This document shows positions 43,915 to 53,709 of a stretch of DNA of 64,000 bases, piece after piece. Within the stretch, counting starts at the first letter, position 1. Every line of letters starts with the position of its first letter. The stretch spans positions 6,240,001 to 6,304,000 of the forward strand of contig OZ244207.1 in the NCBI GenBank assembly GCA_965216875.1, given 5' to 3'. The position numbers and the translations under genes were made by a program. The stretch is from Rubripirellula sp. GTDB taxonomy: Bacteria > Planctomycetota > Planctomycetia > Pirellulales > Pirellulaceae. A model generated the notes under the pieces. It saw only the letters and a program-made list of their open reading frames with translations. It made no database searches and was not told where the DNA came from.

Positions 43915-44874
43915 CTAGGTGAGGTCGCGTACTGCGGTGATGAATTCTCGCATCGACTGATACCGCTCGGTTGGCTTCTTCGCGATTGCGCGCATCACCA
44001 CGTCGTCGGCACCTTTGGGGATGTCTCGATCGGGTGAGCGGACACTCGGTGGATCGGGCATTCGATGCTTGATGTTGTCGAAGGTCTCATCAATATTGGC
44101 GCCGCGAAACGGTTCACGAATGGCAAGCAGTTCATACATGCAAACGCCTGCGCTGAAGACATCGGTTCGTTCGTCGATGCTGCGGTTTCCATCGATCTGT
44201 TCGGGCGACATGTACAGTGGCGTTCCGGGGCGTTGCCCGCCACCGGTCAGCGTTTGAAGCTGTGTCTCTTCGCTTTGTGGTCGCAGCACACTTTTGGACA
44301 CCGGTTCATTGTGGTCGGTGTGTCCCCAGACTTTCGCCACTCCCCAATCGAGCAGAATGACTTCGCCAAAGTTCCCGACCCAGATGTTCTCGGGTTTCAT
44401 ATCGCGATGGATCACACCGCGTGCATGCGCGTAGGCGAGTGCCTGGCAGGAACTGGCCAGGATTTCGAGACGCCGCGCTGTGTCGAAGGCATCGATCGTG
44501 GGTTGGTCGCCCATCGCGATGCGTTTGAGGATTTCGAAAAAGTTCTCACCCGAGATCCGCTTCATCACAAAGAAGATGCCTTCTTTGTCGTCGTCACCGA
44601 TGTCGTATACCGGCACCGTGTTGGGATGTTGCAATTGGGCGGTGACGCGAGCTTCGCGAAGCAACCGACGTCGTTCGTTGCGATCACGCTGGGTGGCGGG
44701 CAACAGCGTTTTGACGGCGACCGTGCGACCGGTGACTGGATCGAAACAAGAACGCAAGATCGCACTTCCACCGCGACCGATTTCGCGGTAGCCGGTGTAC
44801 CGACCGAGTCCTGGCGGCAGGTTGCGCGGCAGATCGGGGTCGGTTCCGGAAAGAATGATGGATGATTCGTTCAT
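43915..44874 (-). CDS. Hanks-type Ser/Thr protein kinase (soluble, kinase domain only)
   Basis: IGRGG, VAVK, HRDMKPEN, DWG, GTPLYMSPEQ, DVFSAG; ATG at 44874 preferred. Confidence 0.93.
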   Translation of the reverse strand: MNESSIILSGTDPDLPRNLPPGLGRYTGYREIGRGGSAILRSCFDPVTGRTVAVKTLLPATQRDRNERRRLLREARVTAQLQHPNTVPVYDIGDDDKEGIFFVMKRISGENFFEILKRIAMGDQPTIDAFDTARRLEILASSCQALAYAHARGVIHRDMKPENIWVGNFGEVILLDWGVAKVWGHTDHNEPVSKSVLRPQSEETQLQTLTGGGQRPGTPLYMSPEQIDGNRSIDERTDVFSAGVCMYELLAIREPFRGANIDETFDNIKHRMPDPPSVRSPDRDIPKGADDVVMRAIAKKPTERYQSMREFITAVRDLT

Positions 44875-44979
44875 GTTTCCAGTATAGAGAAGAATCGGCC
44901 GGTATCGGGACACGACCAAACCGGAAAACGGCTCACGAACAGTCCGCTCAGTCGAAACCTGAGGGATCCGACCGGCCAC

Positions 44980-45011
44980 AAAAAAACCCGGTAGCGGGAT
45001 GCTACCGGGTT
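44980..45011 (-). terminator. Intrinsic terminator after the glutamine synthetase gene
   Basis: Minus strand AACCCGGTAGC-ATCCC-GCTACCGGGTT followed by a T run. Confidence 0.85.
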
Positions 45012-45049
45012 CAAGCTTCTCTTTGCGGAGAAAGATGCTCTCGTTTTAC

Positions 45050-46075
45050 TTAGGCAGGTTGCTCGACGCTTGCACCCTTGACCGTCGTGATGATCGCGCT
45101 GGCGACCATGTACGGGTCAGCGTTGGATGCAGGACGACGATCTTCCAACCAACCCTTCCAGCCGTGCTCGACGGTGAAGACTGGGATACGGATCGAAGCA
45201 CCACGGTCCGAGATACCGTAGCTGAACTTGTCGATCGATTGGGTTTCGTGCAGACCGGTCAAACGCTGATCGTTGTCGGCACCGTAAACGTCGATGTGAT
45301 GCTTGATGCGTGGCTCGAAAGCTTGGCAAACAGCATCGTAAACTTCCTTGCTGCCGCAGGTTCGCAGCAGGGTGTTCGAGAAGTTTGCGTGCATGCCGCT
45401 TCCGTTCCAGTCGCCTTTGACGGGCTTGCAGTGGAAGTTGATCGACATGCCGTACTTTTCGGCGGTACGCTCAAGGATGTAACGAGCGAGCCAAATTTGG
45501 TCACCAGCTTCTTTGGCACCCTTGGCGAAGATTTGGAATTCCCATTGGCCCATCATCACTTCGGCGTTGATGCCTTCGACGTTCAGGCCAGCTTCCAAGC
45601 ACAGCTCGAGGTGCTCTTCGACAATGTCACGACCGACTGCTTTGCCAGCACCGACCGAGCAGTAGTAAGGACCTTGAGGAGCTGGGAAACCTTCAGCTGG
45701 GAAGCCGATTGGACGATCGGTTTCTGGATCCCAGATGGTGTATTCCTGTTCGAAGCCGAACCAGAAATCGTTGTCGTCGTCTTCAATGGTCGAACGACCG
45801 TTGCTCTTGTGAGGTGAACCGTCGTGGTTGAGCACTTCGCACATCACCAAGAAACCAGTGCCCAAACGGCCTGGATCGGGAACGACGTAGACTGGTTTGA
45901 GCAAGCAGTCGGACGAGCCGCCTGGAGCTTGTTCGGTCGACGAACCGTCAAATCCCCACATCGGGGCGTCTTCAACGTTGCCGCTGAAATCATCAACAAC
46001 TTTTGTCTTGCTACGCAGGCTCTGGGTGGGCTGATAGCCGTCGAGCCAGATGTACTCCAACTTGCATTTGGTCAT
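45050..46075 (-). CDS. glnII: Glutamine synthetase, type II-like
   Basis: EYIWLDG, WGFDGSST, GFEQEY, NAEVMMGQWEFQI, GDWNGSGMH, RLTGLHET, EDRRPASNADPY; 341 aa; AGGGGG RBS. Confidence 0.93.
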   Translation of the reverse strand: MTKCKLEYIWLDGYQPTQSLRSKTKVVDDFSGNVEDAPMWGFDGSSTEQAPGGSSDCLLKPVYVVPDPGRLGTGFLVMCEVLNHDGSPHKSNGRSTIEDDDNDFWFGFEQEYTIWDPETDRPIGFPAEGFPAPQGPYYCSVGAGKAVGRDIVEEHLELCLEAGLNVEGINAEVMMGQWEFQIFAKGAKEAGDQIWLARYILERTAEKYGMSINFHCKPVKGDWNGSGMHANFSNTLLRTCGSKEVYDAVCQAFEPRIKHHIDVYGADNDQRLTGLHETQSIDKFSYGISDRGASIRIPVFTVEHGWKGWLEDRRPASNADPYMVASAIITTVKGASVEQPA

Positions 46076-47041
46076 AAAAGTGATTCCCCCTAGTGAATCA
46101 ATAACGAGTTTGACCGATTGGCGCCTGTCACCCTCTGTGGGCGGAATCAATGCACCGAAAACGTTCCGAAAAACTTTCCTACGAAATCTACCTACCACAC
46201 CCAGAAATCCGGGTTCCGTCGCATCGTGCGGCGACCGGAACGAACGCTCACCAAGCCTGCCGGCCCGGTGGAGCGTACAGTCTTAAAATAACCAATTTCT
46301 GTTCAAACGAAAGTCTTCCGGCTCGGCCTCAAGAGAAACTCCACCACCGCCCGCCACCGAAGCAAAGGCGAACTGTCGGCTTTGGCAGCCGGTGGCGACC
46401 CACTCATAGGGTGCAAGAATTCAGGCCAGGTCCCGAGCTTTCAAATCGCCCCCGTTGATTCTTGGCCGCGGTCGCCAATCGATCGACCGGACCAAGGGGG
46501 GCATCGCCGCCAAAAGGACCAATTGTCGGCGGCTCAATTCACAATGCCCGCGCCCCTGCGCGGAGCCGCCAAATGTGGTGCCCAGCGAAATCCCTACTGC
46601 ATCAATGTTCGGCGCTCGACCGATACGAACCTGTCCTCCCGCGTTTGGGCTACCAAGCGGGCACAATCTGCGGCCAATCGACTCGCCACCAAACAACCGA
46701 AAGAAAATTTGTTTGCCCGGCAGACCTTCGATTGGATTGAGGAGCCCATGCGGTCACCCCTTCAGAACCTTGCGTTCCACGCGTATTGGCGGTCGCTCGT
46801 TGTTCCAAGCGAGGTGGTCGTCGCGGCCGCGCCCCGCAACCGCCCCGTTTTTTGCCTAACTTTTAGGTCTCCGGTGTACTTTTGCCAGCACCACCGAGAT
46901 CGCTCTAATAGCAGCAGATTGAACAGCTCGATTTGTTGTCCCCCAATGGAGCCGGTTGCTGAGTCACCTTGGCACCGAATTGGGGACAGCCTCTCCATAG
47001 CACCGCAGAACCATCCCGATATTGGATGCATCATTGTGAGC

Positions 47042-47566
47042 ATGACACCAAACAATCCTTTTGAGCAGCAAAGCCAAGCACCCGCACCGGCCAACAAAGG
47101 TGGTGGGAAAACCTTCCTTTGGGTCATCGCGATCTTGTGTGGCGGCGGTTTGCTCGGTGGCCTCGTTTGTTGCGGAGTTTTGTACGGACTGTTCAGTTTT
47201 GGGATCGATGTGCTCACAGAATCCTACAAAGAGCAACTCGCTGGTGATCCCGTGATCGTCGAGCATATTGGCGAGATCGAATCGCTGGAGATGAGTTTGT
47301 CAAAGACCGCGGCCGAAGCTGAAAACACCGACGGCGACATGATGGCCTTTGAAGTCGAAGGCACAAAGGGTTCGGGCACCCTTTTGATCGAACAGGACAA
47401 CGCGGGGGATGGCACCGGAATCGAGTCGGCAATCTTGGTCACGCCTGATGGACAGCGGCACGATGTGATCAAAGGACGTTTCAGCGAGGGCGGCGAGTTC
47501 GATCTGAGCGAAGTGGATCAGATGCTTGAAGAGTTCAAAACCGAGCTTGAATCAATCGAACAATGA
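47042..47566 (+). CDS. Hypothetical single-TM protein (Coa1-like family by resemblance)
   Basis: Gly/Cys-rich TM LCGGGLLGGLVCCG, DPVIVEHIGEI, VEGTKGSGTL; ATG at 47042 preferred to the long upstream extension. Confidence 0.7.
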   Translation: MTPNNPFEQQSQAPAPANKGGGKTFLWVIAILCGGGLLGGLVCCGVLYGLFSFGIDVLTESYKEQLAGDPVIVEHIGEIESLEMSLSKTAAEAENTDGDMMAFEVEGTKGSGTLLIEQDNAGDGTGIESAILVTPDGQRHDVIKGRFSEGGEFDLSEVDQMLEEFKTELESIEQ

Positions 47567-47795
47567 GCCCGTGAACCTGAAGATCCGGTGGCCCTGAATG
47601 CCGCATGGATGGACAAGCGAGTCATCGATGCAAATGCAGGGTTTGACGCCTTCACCATCACCCCCGATCATTTTGGCCACCGACCAACCGGCACATCCCA
47701 CCAAGTCGGCCGTTCGAAGCATCCGCACCTCTGCGGATTCCGAAAAGAACAAACGACAAAACCGATCACATAACCACAACAAACCAAAGAGAACC

Positions 47796-48227
47796 ATGAA
47801 AGTTGCAACCTTCGAAACTGACAAAGGCAACATCCGCGTCGAGCTGTTTGCGGACAAGACTCCGATCACCGTCGGGAAATTCGAACAGCTCTGCGAAAAG
47901 AACTTTTACGATGGGCTTACCTTCCATCGCGTGATCGCCGACTTCATGATCCAAGGCGGTTGCCCACAAGGCACAGGCACCGGTGGACCAGGCTACCAAT
48001 TCGAAGATGAGTTTCATCCAGAGTTGCGTCACGATGGCCCTGGAGTCCTCTCGATGGCCAATGCGGGACCCAACACCAATGGATCGCAGTTCTTCATCAC
48101 TCACGTCGCTACCCCGCACCTAGACGATCGCCACAGCGTTTTCGGACGAGTGCTCGAGGGACAAGACGTTGTCGATGCGATCGCCCAAGGCGACAAGATG
48201 AACAAAGTCACCGTGACCGAAGAGTAA
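47796..48227 (+). CDS. Cyclophilin-type peptidyl-prolyl isomerase
   Basis: [44 protein letters not shown]. Confidence 0.96.
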   Translation: MKVATFETDKGNIRVELFADKTPITVGKFEQLCEKNFYDGLTFHRVIADFMIQGGCPQGTGTGGPGYQFEDEFHPELRHDGPGVLSMANAGPNTNGSQFFITHVATPHLDDRHSVFGRVLEGQDVVDAIAQGDKMNKVTVTEE

Positions 48228-48309
48228 ACCGCCTTCTGTAGGGTGTGTGGGTCGCGCCATTGGCGAGCGACCAACACCCCGTTTCGACGTCCCGCCTGAG
48301 GTGTGCAAC

Positions 48310-49437
48310 ATGCGATTCTTTTCACTCGTGATCGCAACCTTCGCGATCGGTTTCGCGTCGTCAAAAGCGGCATGGTGTGAGACGCTTCCGGTCTATATCG
48401 GAACCGGCGCCGAGGGGATTTACCTTTCACAGTTTGACGTCGAAACGGGCGAGCTAAGCGAACCCAAGAAGGTGGCTCAGACCAAACGCCCCACCTTCTT
48501 GTGGATCGAACCAAATACCCATTCGCTGCTTAGCATTTGCGAACTCGGAAGAGGTTCGGGTGATGACGGTGCGGCGATCGTCTCCTGGGCCATTGATGCC
48601 GCCACAGGCGGACTGACCCTGCGAAACCGCCAAGACGCGATGCATGACGGCCCCTGCTTCGTCGGTGCATCGTCGGATGGCAAGTTTGCTGTGATCGCAA
48701 ACTATGGTGGCGGGAGTGTTGCTCTGTATCCGATCAACGATGACGGATCATTGCAAAAGGCTTCGGCCCACATGGTGCACAGCGGATCGAGTATCAACCC
48801 TCGGCGACAGAAAGAACCACACGCGCACAGCAGCCGGTTCGATCCGAGCGACCGTCGCGTCGCTGCCGCTGACCTAGGCACGGACAAGGTCTATCTGTAC
48901 GACGTTGGCGACGGGGGATCGCTCACGCCATCCACTCCGCCCGCTATCGAGACGCCACCTGGAAGCGGGCCGCGCCACTTTGTCTTTTCGCCCGACAACC
49001 ATTACATGCTGATTCTGGGTGAGCTGACGGGAACGATCACCACCGTTCGCTACGCCCCGCCCAAGATTGAGAAGATCGAAACCGTTTCGACGATGGCCGA
49101 TGGCGTTGCCGACGATGCACCTCGCGGGTCGGCCGAGATCTTGTTTCACCCCAATGGACGATGGGTCTATTGCAGCAATCGCGGGCCCAACGAAATCGCC
49201 GTGTTTGACTATGACGCAAAGTCAGCCAGATTGAAGCGGACATCAGCGATCAGCAGCGGTGGGAAACACCCGAGGAATTTTCGAATCTCGCCTGACGGCA
49301 AGTTCATGTTGGTCGCAAACCAGCTGACCGATAACATTGTTGTCTTCAAGATCGATGCGGAAGACGGAAAACTCGTTCCGACCGACATCGAGCTGAAAGT
49401 GCCCAAGCCAATGTGTTTGAAGTTCTTTCAGAAGTGA
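48310..49437 (+). CDS. Lactonase family beta-propeller (6-phosphogluconolactonase-like), with a signal peptide
   Basis: ANYGGGSV, PHAHS, DLGTD, GSGPRH, SNRG, PRNF, ANQ. Confidence 0.92.
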   Translation: MRFFSLVIATFAIGFASSKAAWCETLPVYIGTGAEGIYLSQFDVETGELSEPKKVAQTKRPTFLWIEPNTHSLLSICELGRGSGDDGAAIVSWAIDAATGGLTLRNRQDAMHDGPCFVGASSDGKFAVIANYGGGSVALYPINDDGSLQKASAHMVHSGSSINPRRQKEPHAHSSRFDPSDRRVAAADLGTDKVYLYDVGDGGSLTPSTPPAIETPPGSGPRHFVFSPDNHYMLILGELTGTITTVRYAPPKIEKIETVSTMADGVADDAPRGSAEILFHPNGRWVYCSNRGPNEIAVFDYDAKSARLKRTSAISSGGKHPRNFRISPDGKFMLVANQLTDNIVVFKIDAEDGKLVPTDIELKVPKPMCLKFFQK

Positions 49438-49464
49438 TCGTCAAACGCGCTTAGTGGCCAGCCA

Positions 49465-50496
49465 ATGTCAAAACCACGATTACTGATTCAATGGATCGTG
49501 GGTTTGGCCCTTGGGACCGCGTTGATTGCAGCGACCTCGCCCTTTTTCGTACGCAGCTACGTTCCGCTGAGCGTAGATCAAACACGCAATGTTTGGACCA
49601 TGCCGCCAGGGCGACTTTACCGTTGGCGAAGCGAAGGTTACGCAAACACTTCGGTGGGGCCGCTTGGCATGCCAGGCAAAACCGAGTTGCCGCCGCGCGA
49701 CGAGCGGATGCGAGTTGCGTTGTGGGGTGATTCGCAAGCCGAAGGTGTCTGCGTTGTCGACCACCAAAAGCTGTTTCATCAAACCGAGATTGCTTCGGGT
49801 AACAAGGCGGTCGTTTTTCCGCTCGTCCGAAGTGGCGAAGATGCGGCAACGTGGCTGACCCAGATGCCACGTGTCGAAGCACCGCTCGCGATCGACGCGC
49901 ATGTGTTCTTGATTGTCGACTTGCCGGATCTGCAAGCCGCCATTAGCGCACCGATTGATCCACCGTCCGAGGCCGACATCCAGCAAGCCAATGCCGCGCT
50001 GGCATCGCGTTTGCCGGCGTTTGTGATCCAGACGGCTCGACATCTGTTGTACGAAAACGATGGTGCGACGCGTCGCCAATTGCGGTTTTCGATCGGGCCG
50101 ATCCAGCAGGACGAATCCAACACGCAGAACGCCGCTTCGGCCAATAACGGAAGTGCCATCGATTGGTCGCCTTCGACTCGAGCGGTACGAAGAACAACCA
50201 ACCTGCCGGTGGTCATTATCTACGCGCCGATCTTGCCACAGATTTTCTATGGCAAGCTACTTGTCGACGATCCAAACGAAGATTCGTTCAGTCAACTTCG
50301 CAAAACAGCCGAACAAGCCGGGATCGCCGTGATCGACATGCGGCCAACGTTTCGTGAGTCAATGCAAGACGGAGCGTTCGCGCATGGCTATCACAACGGT
50401 TTGATCGGAAACGGACATCTCAACGCAACCGGCTACAAACTTGTCGCCGAGGCTTTGGCGACGACCCTTGCTCAAATTGCAAACGAAGGCGAGTAA
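49465..50496 (+). CDS. SGNH/GDSL-like periplasmic protein (AlgJ/AlgX/PatB-like O-acetyltransferase partner)
   Basis: N-terminal anchor, block I ALWGDSQAEG, block V-like NGHLNATGY; adjacent to the MBOAT gene. Confidence 0.65.
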   Translation: MSKPRLLIQWIVGLALGTALIAATSPFFVRSYVPLSVDQTRNVWTMPPGRLYRWRSEGYANTSVGPLGMPGKTELPPRDERMRVALWGDSQAEGVCVVDHQKLFHQTEIASGNKAVVFPLVRSGEDAATWLTQMPRVEAPLAIDAHVFLIVDLPDLQAAISAPIDPPSEADIQQANAALASRLPAFVIQTARHLLYENDGATRRQLRFSIGPIQQDESNTQNAASANNGSAIDWSPSTRAVRRTTNLPVVIIYAPILPQIFYGKLLVDDPNEDSFSQLRKTAEQAGIAVIDMRPTFRESMQDGAFAHGYHNGLIGNGHLNATGYKLVAEALATTLAQIANEGE

Positions 50497-50502
50497 GGCG
50501 GC

Positions 50503-52065
50503 ATGCTCTTCACCCAAATTGAGTTCCTCGTTTTCTTTGCGGTCGTCGTTGCCGCGACGTGGATGGTGCCAAAGTTCGTTGGTGAGCCGTCCACTTCAGA
50601 AGACCCCGAGGTGGAAGAACCACCTCCCGAAGAAACGACATCCGATAAGCAAGAGCAAGAGCAAGAGCAAGAGGACGCGGACACTGACGCCGAGACGGAC
50701 CCCGAGGAATCCTCCGCGCCAGTGCGAGTGAAGCGACGTGATCGGAATCCGGCACGCGGTCAGCGGAACTCGATCCTGCTGTTGGCGAGCTATTACTTTT
50801 ACGCCTATTGGGACTATCGCTTTTGCGGGTTGCTACTGCTTTCTACGGTGGTTGATTACGTCGTTGCAAAGCGCATCGAAGCAAGTGACGACCAGGACAC
50901 ACGCCGCTCGCTCTTGTTGGTCAGTTTGTTTGTCAACTTGGGCGTCCTCGGCTTCTTCAAGTACTTTGGGTTCTTTGTTGAATCGGCCGCGCCGTTGGTA
51001 GAATCGTTTGGGATGAGTCCGACCACTTTGGACATCATCTTGCCGGTCGGTATTTCGTTTTACACCTTTCAAACGCTTAGCTACACGATCGATGTCTATC
51101 GGCGAGTGATTCGCCCGGTGAATCGGTTCCTCGACTTTGCACTTTACGTTGCGTTCTTTCCTCAGTTAGTTGCCGGTCCAATCGTTCGAGCGCGTGAGTT
51201 GCTCCCACAACTCGCAACCGTTCCGGAGTGGTCGACTCGCCGGTTCTATGGCGGCGCCCAGCAAATGTTGCGCGGTGCGGTCAAGAAAGTCTTGCTTGCC
51301 GATCGACTTGGCGAAGCGGTCGACGTGGTCTTTGCCGGCCCCGACCTTTACTCGGGCGTCACGATTTGGATTGCCGTGATCGCCTACGCAGGGCAAATCT
51401 ACTATGACTTTTCGGGCTACAGTGACATGGCGATCGGTGCCGCCAAGATGCTGGGTTATCGCTTTCCAATTAACTTTCGGCATCCGTACCTTTCGCGATC
51501 GATGGCCGAGTTCTGGCATCGTTGGCACATCACGTTGTCGAGGTGGCTGCGCGACTATCTGTACATTTCGCTCGGTGGCAATCGAATCAGCAGCTTGTCG
51601 ACGTACCGAAACCTGATGATCACGATGACCCTTGGCGGTCTATGGCATGGTGCGGCGTGGACGTTCGTGTTGTGGGGTGTTTGGCATGGAGCTGCTCTCG
51701 CCATTGAGAGATTCGTCAGAGCAAAAACCAACATTGCACTTCCCTCCCCTGTCGCGTGGTTGGCGACGATGACCGTCGTACTTGTTGGATGGGTGTTGTT
51801 CCGAGCTCAGGATCTCGAAACGACTGCGATCCTCTTGGAGCGGATGGTGACAATGACTTCGGGCGTTGACTGGTTCCCGCCACTCACGTTGCTTGCGATT
51901 TCGATTCTGGTCATCGAACACGTCGCCTGGCGCACGCGACTGCGAAGAGCGATGCGACTACCATGGGATGCTTGGTATTCGCCCATCGCCACCGCCGTCA
52001 TGGTCTGGGCGATCGTGCTCTATGCACCCCAGGGATTCCGGCCGTTCGTCTACTTTCAGTTTTGA
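50503..52065 (+). CDS. MBOAT family O-acyltransferase (AlgI/PatA-like)
   Basis: LPVGISFYTFQ, FFPQLVAGPI, IYYDFSGYSDMAIG, FWHRWHITLS, GLWHGA, FVYFQF. Confidence 0.95.
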   Translation: MLFTQIEFLVFFAVVVAATWMVPKFVGEPSTSEDPEVEEPPPEETTSDKQEQEQEQEDADTDAETDPEESSAPVRVKRRDRNPARGQRNSILLLASYYFYAYWDYRFCGLLLLSTVVDYVVAKRIEASDDQDTRRSLLLVSLFVNLGVLGFFKYFGFFVESAAPLVESFGMSPTTLDIILPVGISFYTFQTLSYTIDVYRRVIRPVNRFLDFALYVAFFPQLVAGPIVRARELLPQLATVPEWSTRRFYGGAQQMLRGAVKKVLLADRLGEAVDVVFAGPDLYSGVTIWIAVIAYAGQIYYDFSGYSDMAIGAAKMLGYRFPINFRHPYLSRSMAEFWHRWHITLSRWLRDYLYISLGGNRISSLSTYRNLMITMTLGGLWHGAAWTFVLWGVWHGAALAIERFVRAKTNIALPSPVAWLATMTVVLVGWVLFRAQDLETTAILLERMVTMTSGVDWFPPLTLLAISILVIEHVAWRTRLRRAMRLPWDAWYSPIATAVMVWAIVLYAPQGFRPFVYFQF

Positions 52066-52068
52066 CGT

Positions 52069-52878
52069 ATGTCTGAGGAAGCGGTCGAAACGTCCGAGAC
52101 TTCGCCAACGCCAAAAAGCGTGCATTTGACGTCTCGACTTCTTGCGCCCACAACGATCCTGAGCGTGGTATTGCTGGCGTTGACGCTATTGCCGATGTCC
52201 AAATGCAGCAACGACCCAAACGATAGCGACGGCGAAATTGTGCCAGCGGTGATCGCAGTTGCGATGCTCGGACGCGATGAACAACCACCGCTCAGTTGGT
52301 TCGAGTCTATCGAGAGATTCGTCAGCCAGGTTCCGCTTCTGTTCTTGATCACGTGGCCTTACTGGAATGCCTTTCCAGGTATTGCGGCCGGGATCGTGGT
52401 GATACGTTGGCCCCGCGCCGCGACGACCATCTATCGATTGCTGCTGTTGCTTCTTGCAGGGGCTGTCACCTCCCTCGCGTTTGCCGTGGAACCCCTTTGG
52501 CGGCCGGTTGTTGGAGTCGGCGGACTGGTTGCACTCGCGACAATCGTCGTGTCGTTTCCGTTTGTCCACCGATCGATTTTCCGCTGGACATCCTCGCAGC
52601 GCTTCGAAGGTCAACCCAATCGAGTGCACGCGGCCTTTACTTCGGTGGCCATCTTATGCGCAACCGCATCGATCATGTTGGCCACCCTCGACCAAACGAT
52701 TCTCTATGGTGGAATCTTGGCGCTCTTTACGAACCTATCAATGGTATTCGTTGCGGTGACATCGGCCGCACAATCCAAAGTCGATTGCAAACGCACGCCA
52801 CGCTTCAAAATCGCGCACGTTCTTTGTCTGACGTTCGCGATTGCAGTGATCTTGGGCTGGCTGTTTCGGAATTCCTGA
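52069..52878 (+). CDS. Hypothetical multi-pass membrane protein
   Basis: About 7 hydrophobic segments; starts 3 bp after the MBOAT stop. Confidence 0.7.
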   Translation: MSEEAVETSETSPTPKSVHLTSRLLAPTTILSVVLLALTLLPMSKCSNDPNDSDGEIVPAVIAVAMLGRDEQPPLSWFESIERFVSQVPLLFLITWPYWNAFPGIAAGIVVIRWPRAATTIYRLLLLLLAGAVTSLAFAVEPLWRPVVGVGGLVALATIVVSFPFVHRSIFRWTSSQRFEGQPNRVHAAFTSVAILCATASIMLATLDQTILYGGILALFTNLSMVFVAVTSAAQSKVDCKRTPRFKIAHVLCLTFAIAVILGWLFRNS

Positions 52879-52881
52879 TCA

Positions 52882-53709
52882 CTAGCCGATTCGCTGAATC
52901 TTTTGCCAGTCGATCTGATGCGACGCGGTCGTCACGCGATGGTATGCCGCGGTCAGGGCCAGCATGACACCAATGGCGATCGCGGCGGCGATCACGAACA
53001 TGATCACGATCTGGTACTGAACCGCTTGGATGGGCGGCGCGCCGGCCAGCAATTGACCCGTCATCATGCCTGGCAGGCTGACAATGCCAGCGACCGACAT
53101 GGTATTGAGGATCGGGATCATCGCGGTTCGCGTTGCCGCTGCGAACACGTCGCGACAGGCTTCCCAGCGTGTCGCGCCGAGCGTCAGCTGCAACTCGACC
53201 TCGCCGCGCCGCTGCCTCAACTCACTCAAAAACCGGTCCAGACCGAGGGAAATCCCAGTCAGTGAGTTGCCAAGCACCATGCCGAGAAGTGGAATGACAA
53301 CCTGAGGGCTGTGCCACGGTTGCGGGCGCACCACCAACAAGACGGTGACTCCCGTCGTCAACCAAGTACTTGCCCACACCGAAAGTACGGCCGCAGGATA
53401 GATCGATTCAAAGCGATGTTCGATTCGGCGCACCGCGGCAATACCCGCGATCAAGGTCATTACGGCGGCCAAGCCAAGAACGGGCCAAGCCGACGACAAT
53501 GCAAAAATCTGTTTGAGGATCAGTCCGACGATGGCGAGTTGGATCGTCATCCGAATCGAACTCACCGCGATCTGGCGCGCCAATCCCAGTCGCAAGACCC
53601 AGGACACGATCGCGTTGACTCCGATCAACGCGGCGGCGATTCCAACTTCGACCCACGTGATCGAAATGTCGTTTGGTTCGCCGGTCGCTAAGAGCAGTGC
53701 GTCAAGCAT
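52882..53709 (-). CDS. fetB: FetB/YbbM-like ABC permease
   Basis: RMTIQL, IPLLGMVLGNS, LGATRWEA, GIVSLPGMMTGQLLAG, AVQYQIVIMF. Confidence 0.9.
   Translation of the reverse strand: MLDALLLATGEPNDISITWVEVGIAAALIGVNAIVSWVLRLGLARQIAVSSIRMTIQLAIVGLILKQIFALSSAWPVLGLAAVMTLIAGIAAVRRIEHRFESIYPAAVLSVWASTWLTTGVTVLLVVRPQPWHSPQVVIPLLGMVLGNSLTGISLGLDRFLSELRQRRGEVELQLTLGATRWEACRDVFAAATRTAMIPILNTMSVAGIVSLPGMMTGQLLAGAPPIQAVQYQIVIMFVIAAAIAIGVMLALTAAYHRVTTASHQIDWQKIQRIG

Noticed and set aside
44065..45817. ORFs 44065-44865 (+) and 44999-45817 (+)
   Set aside because: Antisense shadows of the kinase and glutamine synthetase genes.
46146..46986. Possible sigma-54 promoter or NtrC site for glnII (TGCACCGAAAACGTTCC at ~46151; TGGCACCGAATTGGG at ~46970)
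   Set aside because: The GG-N10-GC spacing is not met, and the NtrC-like site matches only one half.
46382..47041. 220-aa N-terminal extension of ORF 46382-47566
   Set aside because: Reads as translated non-coding DNA; the protein-like part starts at ATG 47042.
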